A DNA stretch of 62,193 nt, filler included, from Nitrospinota bacterium (GCA_030620925.1; 11 parts of 11 records of this genome joined end to end with filler, not necessarily neighbours in it), one strand, 5' to 3'. Positions 1 through 9,667 are shown, counted from the first letter of the whole stretch. The notes: generated by a model not told the origin, from the letters alone. A program made the numbers and translations.

Positions 1-2
1 GG

Positions 3-809
3 ATGAGACGGCTGTATGATGTATGGAGCAGTTACGTTCAGACGCCATTCTCGTATATGTTGGAGCTCCCCAGGAGGAGTAATGAACCCGCAGTGAAGTA
101 CTTTTCCGAGCAGCTTTCCAACCTGAAAACAGGGCTGGAGGAAACCTTTGAGGTCGACATAACCGACGAAAGCCTGGCGCAGGCGATCTCTCTAATGAAC
201 GAGTGCAGGACGATGATGATGGGGTTGTTTGAGATGCAAAAAAAGGCACCGCCGCCTTATAAAGGGAGCGAACTTCTTGCGCTATGTCTGGAAGAGATGA
301 CCAGCCCCAAAGATGCAACCGGGGGTGGACTCAAGTCCCTTGCACTGGCCGCCGATCCGCCGGAAGAAGAACTTCCGCGGATACTGGTGGTGGGGAATGT
401 ACTAGACAAACTGGGCCTTTTTCAAATGGTGGAAGCCGCAGGTGCATCCGTGGTCGCCTTCGATACCTGTACCGGCCTGAGACATTATTCCGATTATGTC
501 GAAGCGGGTTCCGATCCGCTTGAAAGCCTCGCCCGCAGGTACCTCCTCAAACCGCCATGCCCCAGGATGTCGAATCCTGATAGAAGAATCGACTACGTGC
601 GGGAACTGGTCAATGACTACTCGATTGACGGAATCATATACAGCGGCCTGGCGTTCTGCGATTACGGTCTGTTCGATGCGCCTGTCCTCGAAAAACGCAT
701 AGAGAACGACCATAAACCTTTTTTAACCCTCCAGAACGATTACCTTTCGGGGTATGAAGGACAAGTAGGGACCAGGGTAGAGGCTTTCGTGGAAATGATA
801 GGAGATTAA
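3..809 (+). CDS. 2-hydroxyacyl-CoA dehydratase family subunit (HgdB/FldC/BcrC-like), 5' partial
   Basis: Motifs PRILVVG, DTCTG, LARRYL..PCPRM, DGIIY...FCD and C-terminal TRVEAFVEM. It begins at the window edge. Confidence 0.85.
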   Translation: MRRLYDVWSSYVQTPFSYMLELPRRSNEPAVKYFSEQLSNLKTGLEETFEVDITDESLAQAISLMNECRTMMMGLFEMQKKAPPPYKGSELLALCLEEMTSPKDATGGGLKSLALAADPPEEELPRILVVGNVLDKLGLFQMVEAAGASVVAFDTCTGLRHYSDYVEAGSDPLESLARRYLLKPPCPRMSNPDRRIDYVRELVNDYSIDGIIYSGLAFCDYGLFDAPVLEKRIENDHKPFLTLQNDYLSGYEGQVGTRVEAFVEMIGD

Positions 810-834
810 AATAGATAACCGCGAGGGGGAATAG

Positions 835-2049
835 ATGAAAACCGATTTTCAAAATATTGAAGCGTTCATGGATAAAAGGTTGGAGAAGAGACCCAGCGGG
901 TACGACATGTTCCTCAGGGAAATGGCCTCCACATTCTTGCGCGCTTTTGATGAGGATGCCAGGGTGGTGTGGGTCTCCTGTTACGCTTTCCCCATGGAGC
1001 TGCTGTGGGCTTTCGACGTTGTCCCCTTCGATTTTGAGATCGCCTGCAACAGCCTTCATGCTGCGAACAGTGGAACCGGCTCATCCATAATGGTGGAAGC
1101 TGAGAAGGAAGGTTATTCCAGGGACATCTGCTCCTTTTACAGGCTGGTACTGGGGGCACAATTTCAGGATATTTTGCCCGGAGGCGACCTTTTTCTTACG
1201 TCCAGTTACTACTGCAACGGGAAGGCGAAGACCAACGAGATTATCGCCGGCAGCCGGGAGAAGGAGAGCGTCCTTTTCGACGTGCCCAACGAAATCAGCG
1301 CTTCCTCCATAAAATATGTCGCTTCTCAACTCAAAGAGATCGCGGCCATGCTCGAGGCCCTGACCGGGGAAAAGCTCGATCCTGAAAGATTGAAGGAAGC
1401 TATACGATGCTCCAACCGTGCCAGAGCCTCTTATCTCGAAGTCAATGAGCTGATGAAGACGAAGCCCTGTCCGTGGGACGGGCATAAGGCCTGCATACTG
1501 GGTATCACCGGTTCACTGTTCTGGGGTTCGCCTATCCGGAATGAAATCAACCGGTTGCTTATCCAGGAGATGAAAGAGAGGATAAGTGATGGAAGAGCTT
1601 TCCCTGAGGATTACAGGGTCCTCTGGTTCCCCTGGACGCCCGTCCAGCCCACCGGCATTTTCGAGGCCCTCGCATCTCACAAAGTAAGTGTGCCGACCGT
1701 AGAAAAGGCCCGGGTCTTCTGGTCGGAGATAGATGAGAACAATCCCTTTGAAGGGCTGGCGCTTAAAGCGCTTCAGAACCCTTTCGTGGGAAGGGCCGAA
1801 AAGAGGGTGGAGGCCCTGATCGGGCTCGCCGAGGAATACAACGTCGACGGAGCCATCCATTTCTCCACGCCCGCCTGCTATCACGAAACCGGCTCGACAC
1901 GCATCATCGGCGATGCCCTGAAGGGCAGGGGCATCCCTTTCCTCGATCTCGATGGTGATATGACCGACGAGCGGAACTTCTCCCCCGATCAGGCCATGGC
2001 CAAACTTTCCTCTTTTCTGGAAATTCTGGAAAAACGGGAAACGAATTAA
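835..2049 (+). CDS. 2-hydroxyacyl-CoA dehydratase family subunit (HgdA/FldB/BcrB-like)
   Basis: PMELLWAFDVVP, GYSRDICSF, YCNGK, VDGAIHFSTPAC and LDLDGDMTDER, with the conserved Cys ligands. Purine-rich RBS upstream. Confidence 0.85.
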   Translation: MKTDFQNIEAFMDKRLEKRPSGYDMFLREMASTFLRAFDEDARVVWVSCYAFPMELLWAFDVVPFDFEIACNSLHAANSGTGSSIMVEAEKEGYSRDICSFYRLVLGAQFQDILPGGDLFLTSSYYCNGKAKTNEIIAGSREKESVLFDVPNEISASSIKYVASQLKEIAAMLEALTGEKLDPERLKEAIRCSNRARASYLEVNELMKTKPCPWDGHKACILGITGSLFWGSPIRNEINRLLIQEMKERISDGRAFPEDYRVLWFPWTPVQPTGIFEALASHKVSVPTVEKARVFWSEIDENNPFEGLALKALQNPFVGRAEKRVEALIGLAEEYNVDGAIHFSTPACYHETGSTRIIGDALKGRGIPFLDLDGDMTDERNFSPDQAMAKLSSFLEILEKRETN

Positions 2050-2164
2050 AGAGCGAGGAGGGACCGAATGCGGAGTGCCGACGTTTGTGTTTGACAAATT
2101 TGGCCATCGGGAAACCTCTCCAGGATTGCCCTCAGCCTGAGGTTGAATGTATGTTAAATTCCGT

Positions 2165-2191
2165 TTGACAATAGATTGCCCAGCATATAAT
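2165..2191 (+). promoter_or_regulatory. Possible sigma70 promoter for the third dehydratase gene
   Basis: TTGACA at 2165-2170 and TATAAT at 2186-2191. The spacer is only 15 bp (TAATGT lies at 17 bp). Confidence 0.4.
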
Positions 2192-2325
2192 GTATGCAGA
2201 GTTCGTAGTCAGGGATTTAGAAACTGAATCGATATGGGCAGGCTTCTGGAGCAGTTTTTTGAGTGACTTCGGCTGGTGATTTAAAAAGTCTCCGCAAGGC
2301 CACCCGGGAAATCAGGAGGTTAGAG

Positions 2326-3333
2326 ATGCTGGAAGCGATCAAATCTTTTCCGAATAGAGCCGAGATGGGGAGACAACTGAAGAAAGAGGGAAAGAAGGTG
2401 GTAGGTTATTACTGCTGCTTTCCGCCGCTTGAGCTGTTTACAGCCGCCGACGTGGTCCCCTTCAGATTACTTGGCGACATGTCTGAGACCATTACCGACG
2501 CGGACGCATACCTGGAAACCATCATGTGCCCCTTTGTGCGCAGCTCTTTCGACCTGGGCCTCAAGGGGAGATACGATTTCCTGGACGGCTTCGTATGCCC
2601 CCACTCCTGCGACACCGTGGAGCGCATGTATAACATCTGGAACTATTACCTCAAACCCGGTTACTCGCATTTCATCAATATCCCCCACAGGATAGACGAT
2701 GCGTCTCTCGACTTCTTCAAGGGAGAGTACTCTCTGTTCAAGAAGAGCCTGGAGGGTTTTACCGGAAAAGAGATAACCGACGAAAAGCTCAAAGAAGCCA
2801 TCGACCTGCACAACGAGAACCGCTCACTCATGCGCCAGATTTACGACCTGCGTAAAGATGACCCCCCGAAAATATCGGGCGCAGAGACGCTGGAGACGGT
2901 CATCCGGGGTTTGAGCCTGCCCGTCCAGGAGAGCAGCAAGCTGTTCCAGCAGGTCATTGACGAGGCGAAGAGCAGGAGCGACGGTCCGCCCAAGACGGCC
3001 GCCAGGGTGCTGGTCTACGGAAGCGAAGTGGACGACCCCATCCTCATCAATGTGCTGGAGGAAGGCGGGGCCAACGTGGTGGCGGACGACATGTGCCTGG
3101 GCAGCCGCATATACGGCAACGACGTGGACAATTCAGGAGACCCCCTCGACGCACTGGCCAAACATTACCTCTACGACTTAATGTGCCCGCGCACCTACAG
3201 GCGGCTCACCGAGGAGCCTTACCAGGAGGAGCTTGACCTGAGGTTCAAGCATATAAAGGACTACGTAAAAGACTTCAACGTGAACAGCGTCGTCCTCTAC
3301 ATTACCCGGTTCTGCGATACCCACGAGCTGGAC
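2326..3333 (+). CDS. 2-hydroxyacyl-CoA dehydratase / benzoyl-CoA reductase subunit C family protein, 3' partial
   Basis: GKKVVGYYC..PLEL, MCPFVRS, PHSCD, DDMCLGSR, MCPR and FCDTH. Start moved to ATG 2326 after the AGGAGGT RBS. Runs into a linker. Confidence 0.88.
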
Positions 3334-3433
3334 NNNNNNNNNNNNNNNNNNNNNNNNNNNNNNNNNNNNNNNNNNNNTTAATTAATTAANNNNNNNNNNN
3401 NNNNNNNNNNNNNNNNNNNNNNNNNNNNNNNNN
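3334..3433. other. Artificial contig linker (N44-TTAATTAATTAA-N44)
   Basis: 100-bp spacer with stop codons in all six frames. Confidence 0.99.
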
Positions 3434-3855
3434 CCGATCGATACTTTCACCGTATAGTAAGCGCCGTCCTTCAGCGCATGCGGCGCATGCGGATCATATT
3501 TGAGTTTATACCCGTCCTCCATCTGGAAAAAATTGACCTCTTGGATTTTGTTGAAAACCCTGTCAACAACATCCCGCGTTATCCGTCCTCGCTTGTCTTC
3601 TAAAACAACACGTTGATAGCGAGTAAAAGTAGCCTTACCATCACCATTGATATACAAGATTTTGTAATCACCTACGGCCATTTCATAGAAAAGGGATACA
3701 TAGTCTTCAGGGCCATAGCTAACATTTTTTGCGGATAAAACCTTTCCGCCTTCAGGAAGCTCACCCCTATTTTCGCCAGCTACTAAATTGCCGCTCAACC
3801 CCGTTATCAAAATCATCAACACCAGAGCACTTATAAAAATCTTAAACCTGTTCAT
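3434..3855 (-). CDS. Secreted hypothetical protein, 3' partial
   Basis: Signal-peptide-like N-terminus (MNRFK plus a hydrophobic run) and AAGGAAG RBS. Lower GC than neighbours. Confidence 0.65.
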
Positions 3856-3925
3856 TGTTCCGCTTCCTTTAATATCTGCCGAACCGGATTTATTTCATGC
3901 GTCTCTCAGGAGAAACGCTGTCGGC

Positions 3926-4041
3926 ATCGCGCCTGGAAGTCGCTCATACACAATCCGCACGGGTCTTTCACCTCAAGGGATGCTGCTCCCGCTCCATACA
4001 CGAGTCTATTTTATCACTTAGGAGCGCCTTCCAGGCGCAAT
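3926..4041. repeat. Inverted pair of GTAG-type REP-like elements
   Basis: ATCGCGCCTGGAAGTCGCTCATAC (3926-3949) and TTAGGAGCGCCTTCCAGGCGCAAT (4018-4041). The same unit recurs at 9644 and 46169. Confidence 0.75.
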
Positions 4042-4059
4042 TCGAAATCTCAAGTTATG

Positions 4060-5193
4060 TCAACTTCCGGGCTTTATGAGGGGGAGGACCTTGCCCGACA
4101 GATATTCCACGACATTGCGGGCCTCTCTCAGGGCCTGGTCTTTATTGGGGGAAGGCTGCGAAAGCGGAGCGTCTCTCAGGGTCGCGCTCGCCCTGGCATC
4201 GGCCCCCAAAAGCGAGCCGTATTCTGAGGGGAGCTCATCCGGCGGCTCCAGGCCGCACATTACGCCCCAGGCGAGCGTCCAGGCACGGGCCACGGTATCC
4301 ACGTCGTACCCACCACCACCCAGAGCTATCCAGCGCGGACAAAGCTCTTTGCATTTCCCGACCGCCTCCACGAAACCTGCGGTGGTAAGCTCCAGGTGAG
4401 ACAGGGGATCGGCCTTGAAGGTGTCCACCCCCAACTGTGTCATCAGGATATCGGGCTTAAAACGGGTTATAAAGGGAACTACCGCCTCATCGAAGACATA
4501 AAGGAAGACTTCGTCATCGCTTCCGGGAAGAAGGGGCACGTTGACGGAGTAACCTTCTCCCTCACCCTTCCCCGTCTCTTCCACTCCTCCCGTGCCCGGG
4601 AAGAGATAGGTCCCACTCTCGTGGACGGATACGGTAAGCACCCGGGGGTTATCGTAGAAAGCCCACTGGACGCCGTCCCCGTGATGTGCATCCAAATCCA
4701 GGTAGGCGACGCGCCTGCCTTTCTTCACCAGACTGCTGATAGCTACAACCGGGTCGTTGATATAGCAGAAGCCGGAAGCCTTTTCTCTGTGGGCGTGATG
4801 GAGACCACCCGCGATGTTAAAGGCTGTCGCCGCGGTCCCCGAATCCACCAGTTCCGTCGCCTGCATGGTGGCGCCGGCGGAGAGAGTGGACCATTCATAT
4901 AGCCCCTGGAAAACGGGGTTGTCGCCGCTGCCCAGCCCGTATCTATAGAACTCGACGCTTTCCACTCCCTGACTGGCCGCTTTCAGGATATCCAGGTATT
5001 CCTGGCTGTGAAAAGCGCTCATCTCTTCGTCGGTGGCGGGGCGGGTTTCCTTCTGGATGATCCGACCTCCCTCCAGGAGGCCATAATGGTGGGTCAGATA
5101 GTAAGTCTGGTAAAGCCTTGAGTTTCGCAGAGGATGGAAAGGGCCGTAATCGAAGTCTCGGTATCTGTCCGAATAAATGTAAGCTGCGTTCAT
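4060..5193 (-). CDS. acuC: Acetoin utilization protein AcuC / class I histone-deacetylase-family lysine deacetylase
   Basis: DYGPFHPL, GGLHHA, SGFCY, DLDAHHGDGVQ, QLGVD and GGGGY motifs. Confidence 0.92.
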   Translation of the reverse strand: MNAAYIYSDRYRDFDYGPFHPLRNSRLYQTYYLTHHYGLLEGGRIIQKETRPATDEEMSAFHSQEYLDILKAASQGVESVEFYRYGLGSGDNPVFQGLYEWSTLSAGATMQATELVDSGTAATAFNIAGGLHHAHREKASGFCYINDPVVAISSLVKKGRRVAYLDLDAHHGDGVQWAFYDNPRVLTVSVHESGTYLFPGTGGVEETGKGEGEGYSVNVPLLPGSDDEVFLYVFDEAVVPFITRFKPDILMTQLGVDTFKADPLSHLELTTAGFVEAVGKCKELCPRWIALGGGGYDVDTVARAWTLAWGVMCGLEPPDELPSEYGSLLGADARASATLRDAPLSQPSPNKDQALREARNVVEYLSGKVLPLIKPGS

Positions 5194-5226
5194 ACGGGTT
5201 TGATGTCTTTCTTTCAGATGCGGCTT

Positions 5227-6096
5227 CTATGCCGGTGGAGGCTCCAGCTCCATCATCATTTTTCCGCTCTTGAAGATGCGAACCGCCCCCGTGGACTCAG
5301 AAATTACTATGGCCACGGCGTCGGTGACGCCGGTGATACCCGAGGCGGCTACATGCCTGCTGCCCAGCCCCTTGAGGAGATCGGGGTCCTCCGAGGCCGC
5401 GTTCAGGTGCCGCCCAGCAGTCACAACCGTTCCGTCCCCCTGAATGATGAAGGCCCCGTCGATAGCGGCGAACTCCTGCAGGGTCTCCCTGAGCTTGGGG
5501 TCCAGGATATTTCTGTCTTCCTCCGGATACCCCTGGAAAGGGTTGATTATCATCTGCCTGGATAGCTGTATCACCTTTTCATCATCTCCGAGCACGAAGA
5601 TAGTACCCACCGGTTTTCCATCACGCCCTTTGAAAGCGAGCTCCAGGGCTATGTTGAGAACGGCGTCGAAAACCTCATGGCGCACATTCTCACCCAGGCC
5701 CACGGAATCCGTTAAAGCGAAAACCTCGTGCTCCTTCCCCACTTCAAGCACCAGTATGCTGTCCAGCCTCCCCAGCTTTGGGCTGCCCGAGACGCATACA
5801 ACTTTATCATCCCGCTTGATCACCCCCGCCGACAACCCCCTTATCATGGCTATCTTGATCTGGCCTATTCTGGTCAGGTCTATGTCTGGTAGCAGGATGA
5901 CGTTTTTGGTGACCTTGACGGCTTCGCTGTAGTTTTCCTCGCTGCGGGTTATGTATACCAGTTTGGTTTCCTTCATCAATTCCTTTGGAACCTTGTAATC
6001 CTTTAAAACGTCGGCATAAACGAACAGTGCATTGGCCTTCAGCTCGGAGGCTATATCCAGCGCCATAGAAAGCATTTTCTTGTTCATGTTCTTCAT
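5227..6096 (-). CDS. Soluble diadenylate cyclase (DisA_N/DAC domain with an N-terminal ~130-aa accessory domain, DacZ-like)
   Basis: DAC motifs G.PVGTIFVLGD, AIDGAF, GLGSRH.AA and ISESTG.VRIF. No transmembrane segments. Confidence 0.88.
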   Translation of the reverse strand: MKNMNKKMLSMALDIASELKANALFVYADVLKDYKVPKELMKETKLVYITRSEENYSEAVKVTKNVILLPDIDLTRIGQIKIAMIRGLSAGVIKRDDKVVCVSGSPKLGRLDSILVLEVGKEHEVFALTDSVGLGENVRHEVFDAVLNIALELAFKGRDGKPVGTIFVLGDDEKVIQLSRQMIINPFQGYPEEDRNILDPKLRETLQEFAAIDGAFIIQGDGTVVTAGRHLNAASEDPDLLKGLGSRHVAASGITGVTDAVAIVISESTGAVRIFKSGKMMMELEPPPA

Positions 6097-6167
6097 ACCG
6101 ACACTCCGTAAAGAAACTACAATTTAACCCGACAAACAGTCAGACGCTCAACTTGCAACACCGCCCG

Positions 6168-6938
6168 TTATAGATGGACCACCAGACCATCGTGGCCTAA
6201 CGCCATGCCCTCAGGCAACTGCGCGTTGACTTCACCATAATCCAGGTTATGGTTTAAGTGGGTGAAAACCACCCTCTCAACCCCCACCTTGCGAGCAAGC
6301 TCGATGCCCTCCTGGAGGCTGAAATGCGTAGGGTGTGGCTCGTACCTTAAAGCACCCAAAATCATAAGTTCCAATCCCTCCAGCAGTTTCATGGACTCCG
6401 GGGGCACATAATTGCAATCCGTCATATATGCGAAATCCCCTATCCTGAAACCCAGCACGGGTGATGGCCCGTGCATGAGACGGATAGGAACCACCATGGC
6501 CCCCAGGAGCTCAAACTCTCCGTCCACGACGTGCAACTGAAGCTGCGGTACGTAGCTGGGCGTTCTCTCGTCGGAAAAGATATACTTAAAAATATTTCGG
6601 AGGTGTTTGATAGTTCCCTCATCTCCGTAACAGTGAATGACGTCCTGCAGGAGCCAGTTGAAAATACGCAATTCGTCTATACCATGTATATGGTCTGCGT
6701 GAGAGTGGGTAAAAAGAACAGCGTTCACCTTGTCCACATTATTGGCCAGACACTGCAACCGAAGCTCAGGGGCGGTGTCCACAAGCACGTTACCACCCCC
6801 ATAGCTTATCAGGATGGATGAACGGCTACGCTTATTCTTTGGATCCTCGGAAGTGCACACCTCACATTTGCAACCGATGGTAGGCACTCCGGTACTCGTC
6901 CCGCACCCCAACATGGTGATGCGCATTTCATCTTTCAC
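6168..6938 (-). CDS. PhnP/YycJ-like metallo-beta-lactamase-fold phosphodiesterase
   Basis: LGCGTSTGVP.IGC.C.VC Zn site, THSHADHIHG, YMTDC, HPTHFS and THLNH. Confidence 0.9.
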   Translation of the reverse strand: MKDEMRITMLGCGTSTGVPTIGCKCEVCTSEDPKNKRSRSSILISYGGGNVLVDTAPELRLQCLANNVDKVNAVLFTHSHADHIHGIDELRIFNWLLQDVIHCYGDEGTIKHLRNIFKYIFSDERTPSYVPQLQLHVVDGEFELLGAMVVPIRLMHGPSPVLGFRIGDFAYMTDCNYVPPESMKLLEGLELMILGALRYEPHPTHFSLQEGIELARKVGVERVVFTHLNHNLDYGEVNAQLPEGMALGHDGLVVHL

Positions 6939-6979
6939 ATCACCACCTGAACTCTAACCAAACTCTGCACCGGTGCACC

Positions 6980-7009
6980 TTGACAAACCGCAAAGGACAA
7001 AACTATAAT
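6980..7009 (+). promoter_or_regulatory. sigma70-type promoter
   Basis: TTGACA-18 bp-TATAAT, facing the YHS gene. Confidence 0.6.
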
Positions 7010-7210
7010 TGGAATAAGACTGAAAATTAAGATATCATTCAAATTATTGTTTGGCAAGGATTTTCTCTAATTCATCAAAATATAGCATACGCCGTTTTAT
7101 AATAACAACTTAAACAGCCGGGCTTTACAATTTGTATCACAAAGCGGACTTAACGCTTTACTCCTTTGATACATAACTGATCGAAGGGGAAAAAACAGAG
7201 AGAAAATAGG

Positions 7211-7468
7211 ATGAGAAGTCTCTTTCTTCTGATATTAGTGGTAATATTCTACTATTTTTTAAAAAGTATTTTTACCTCAAATAAAAATAAAAACGAATTG
7301 TCCGGTAATCGGAAGGAGCCCGAAAGGATTGACGACATGGTTAAGGACCCCTTCTGCGAGACATACGTACCAAAATCGACCGCACTCTCCAGTCTATTCG
7401 GTGGAGACCGATTCTATTTCTGCAGTGAGGACTGTCTGGAGAAATTCAAGAAGAAAAATTCTGTTTGA
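7211..7468 (+). CDS. Membrane-anchored YHS/TRASH domain protein
   Basis: N-terminal TM helix and a MVKDPFCETYVP...YFCSEDC..KF metal-binding motif. Confidence 0.85.
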   Translation: MRSLFLLILVVIFYYFLKSIFTSNKNKNELSGNRKEPERIDDMVKDPFCETYVPKSTALSSLFGGDRFYFCSEDCLEKFKKKNSV

Positions 7469-7477
7469 GAAATCAAT

Positions 7478-7876
7478 ATGAAAAAACGTTTCTACGCCCT
7501 GCGCATACTCAGCATCTTTTTCACGGTTCTCGGATGGATAATCACCGGGATATCGTTGCTCATGGGGCTCATCCTTCTGATCAATCCCGATTTCCTGATC
7601 TATGACGGCGCCTACTACTCCCATCTCGTCCCTGAAGGCGGCAGGCTCACCGGCGCGGTAGTGCTTGTCGTGGGTCTCCTCTTTGGACTGGGGGCAATTG
7701 CGTTAGGCGAATATATGAAGATTTCCATGGAAGTAGTGAAAAACACCAGAACCATAACCCAGCTACTGGAAAAGCTCATCCACCTCACAGGAGTCGTTAA
7801 AAGCGCGCCACCGCCCGTTCCAGGCACCGACTCATTGGAAACCGGGATCGGAGATAACCCCGACTCGCAGGATTAG
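7478..7876 (+). CDS. Hypothetical membrane protein (2 TM)
   Basis: Two hydrophobic helices. Lies 9 bp downstream of the YHS gene. Confidence 0.7.
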   Translation: MKKRFYALRILSIFFTVLGWIITGISLLMGLILLINPDFLIYDGAYYSHLVPEGGRLTGAVVLVVGLLFGLGAIALGEYMKISMEVVKNTRTITQLLEKLIHLTGVVKSAPPPVPGTDSLETGIGDNPDSQD

Positions 7877-8054
7877 CGGATAAGAGATCCCGCTCTTCAC
7901 CAAAGCACGTCCCTTAACGGGAGGCTTCCCCACCGTTTAGCCGCTTCGGAGGCAGCAATGTTTTCCTTAAAACAAATATAACCACTTGCGCCGCCCCCGC
8001 TCCCGCCGCATTCGATAAAAGGTCCAGAGATTCAAAAAACCTGTAAGGGAGGAA

Positions 8055-8154
8055 NNNNNNNNNNNNNNNNNNNNNNNNNNNNNNNNNNNNNNNNNNNNTT
8101 AATTAATTAANNNNNNNNNNNNNNNNNNNNNNNNNNNNNNNNNNNNNNNNNNNN
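8055..8154. other. Artificial contig linker
   Basis: N44-TTAATTAATTAA-N44. Confidence 0.99.
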
Positions 8155-8156
8155 TG

Positions 8157-9512
8157 GAGGGAGCATACGCCGCCGCCGCGGTCTCCATCTATGAACCCCA
8201 TAAAATTTTCTGCGCCAAGATGGAAAGCCCTCTCATACTGGGTATAGGCCAGCGGGCTAACTACGTGGGTTCAGACTTCAGCGCCTTCATAGAGGAGACC
8301 AAGAAGGCTATTGTGATGGAGGACGGCGAGTTCGCCATTATTACCAGGGACAGTTATACCGTCAAAGACATCTTCACCAGAGAGATAAAAGAGAAGAGCA
8401 TCACCGAGATCGAATGGGACATGGAAATGTCCCAGAAGGGGGGATACCCCCACTACATGCTGAAAGAAATCCACGAGCAGCCCAGCACGGTTATTAACGC
8501 CCTCAATATCCATGAAGATGAGATAGAACGCCTCGCTCGCCAGGTGGTGGAAAGCAGGCAGACCTATTTTATCGGCGCAGGAACAACGTACTACGTATCC
8601 CTGGCGGCGCAGTATTATTTTTCAGCCGTCACCGGCAGGTATATACCGGCCATAGGTTCGGACGAGTTCAACAATCTGGCTGCGATGGACCGGGATTCCC
8701 TGGTGGTGGCCGTATCCCAATCGGGGGAAACCTACGATACCCTGAATGCGTTGAGGTTTGCCAAGAAGCAGGGCGCGAAGACGGCGGCCATAGTGAACGT
8801 CATGGGTTCTTCCATGTCCCGCCTCGTGGATCACGCAATCATGCAGGGTTCAGGGCCGGAGATATGCGTTCTCAGCACCAAGGCGGCGATGGCTCAGATG
8901 ATTATATTGTTGAGAACCGCCATTACGCTGGCCAGGATGGAAAAAACCATTTCAGAAAAAGATGAGAAATCCTTGAGGAAAGACATCGACGGCCTCCCCC
9001 TGCTGCTGGAGAGAATACTCAACGAGAAATCGGGTCTCATAAACAACCTGGCGCGTAAGAACAGCAAGAATAAGAACTGGATTTTTCTGGGCAGGGGGCT
9101 CTACTATCCCATAGCCCTGGAGGCCGCGCTCAAGTATAAAGAAGCCGCTTATCTTCACGCCGAGGGGATGCCCGGAGGATTCCTCAAACACGGCACCCTG
9201 GCCCTGGTGGACGATGACATGTACACCCTGGTTTTTGTCCCTCCTAAAGAGGACGACAATTACAGCCTTACCATGGGCAGCGCGGAGGAGGTGAAAGCCA
9301 GGGGAGGGCCCCTCATGGCTTTCCATTTCGACAGCATCAAGCAGCATAAGGAACTCTTCGATGAAGACCTGCTGCTGCCGCCTTCGCCGCAGCTCACCGC
9401 CCCGTTGACCCAGTTGGTCGTCGCTCAGCTCTTCGCCTATTTCACCGCCCTTGCCCTTAAAAGGAACGTGGATAAACCGAGGTCGCTGGCCAAATCCGTC
9501 ACTGTGGCTTGA
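8157..9512 (+). CDS. glmS: Glutamine--fructose-6-phosphate aminotransferase, 5' partial
   Basis: The frame is open from the contig edge (EGAYA...). Motifs KGGYPHYMLKEIHEQP, SQSGET.DT, KHGTLAL and C-terminal PRSLAKSVTV. Confidence 0.95.
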   Translation, partial: EGAYAAAAVSIYEPHKIFCAKMESPLILGIGQRANYVGSDFSAFIEETKKAIVMEDGEFAIITRDSYTVKDIFTREIKEKSITEIEWDMEMSQKGGYPHYMLKEIHEQPSTVINALNIHEDEIERLARQVVESRQTYFIGAGTTYYVSLAAQYYFSAVTGRYIPAIGSDEFNNLAAMDRDSLVVAVSQSGETYDTLNALRFAKKQGAKTAAIVNVMGSSMSRLVDHAIMQGSGPEICVLSTKAAMAQMIILLRTAITLARMEKTISEKDEKSLRKDIDGLPLLLERILNEKSGLINNLARKNSKNKNWIFLGRGLYYPIALEAALKYKEAAYLHAEGMPGGFLKHGTLALVDDDMYTLVFVPPKEDDNYSLTMGSAEEVKARGGPLMAFHFDSIKQHKELFDEDLLLPPSPQLTAPLTQLVVAQLFAYFTALALKRNVDKPRSLAKSVTVA

Positions 9513-9603
9513 TCGGTCGTTTTGCGGACTCAATACCGGGCGGAACCGTATGACATCGCTTTTTATTCCCTCCCTCTGGTTGAGAGGGAATTATTATGAG
9601 ATA

Positions 9604-9667
9604 ATCGCGGCAAGATGCCGCTCCTACTCTGTGTAGCGGATTTGTTGGAGCGCCTTCCAGGCGCGAA
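9604..9667. repeat. Inverted pair of GTAG-type REP-like elements
   Basis: ATCGCGGCAAGATGCCGCTCCTAC (9604-9627) and GTTGGAGCGCCTTCCAGGCGCGAA (9644-9667). Confidence 0.75.

Noticed and set aside
7877..8054. Possible structured leader ending in an RBS (AAGGGAGG) at the contig end
   Set aside because: Only short generic hairpins are present, there is no recognisable riboswitch consensus, and the downstream gene is missing.
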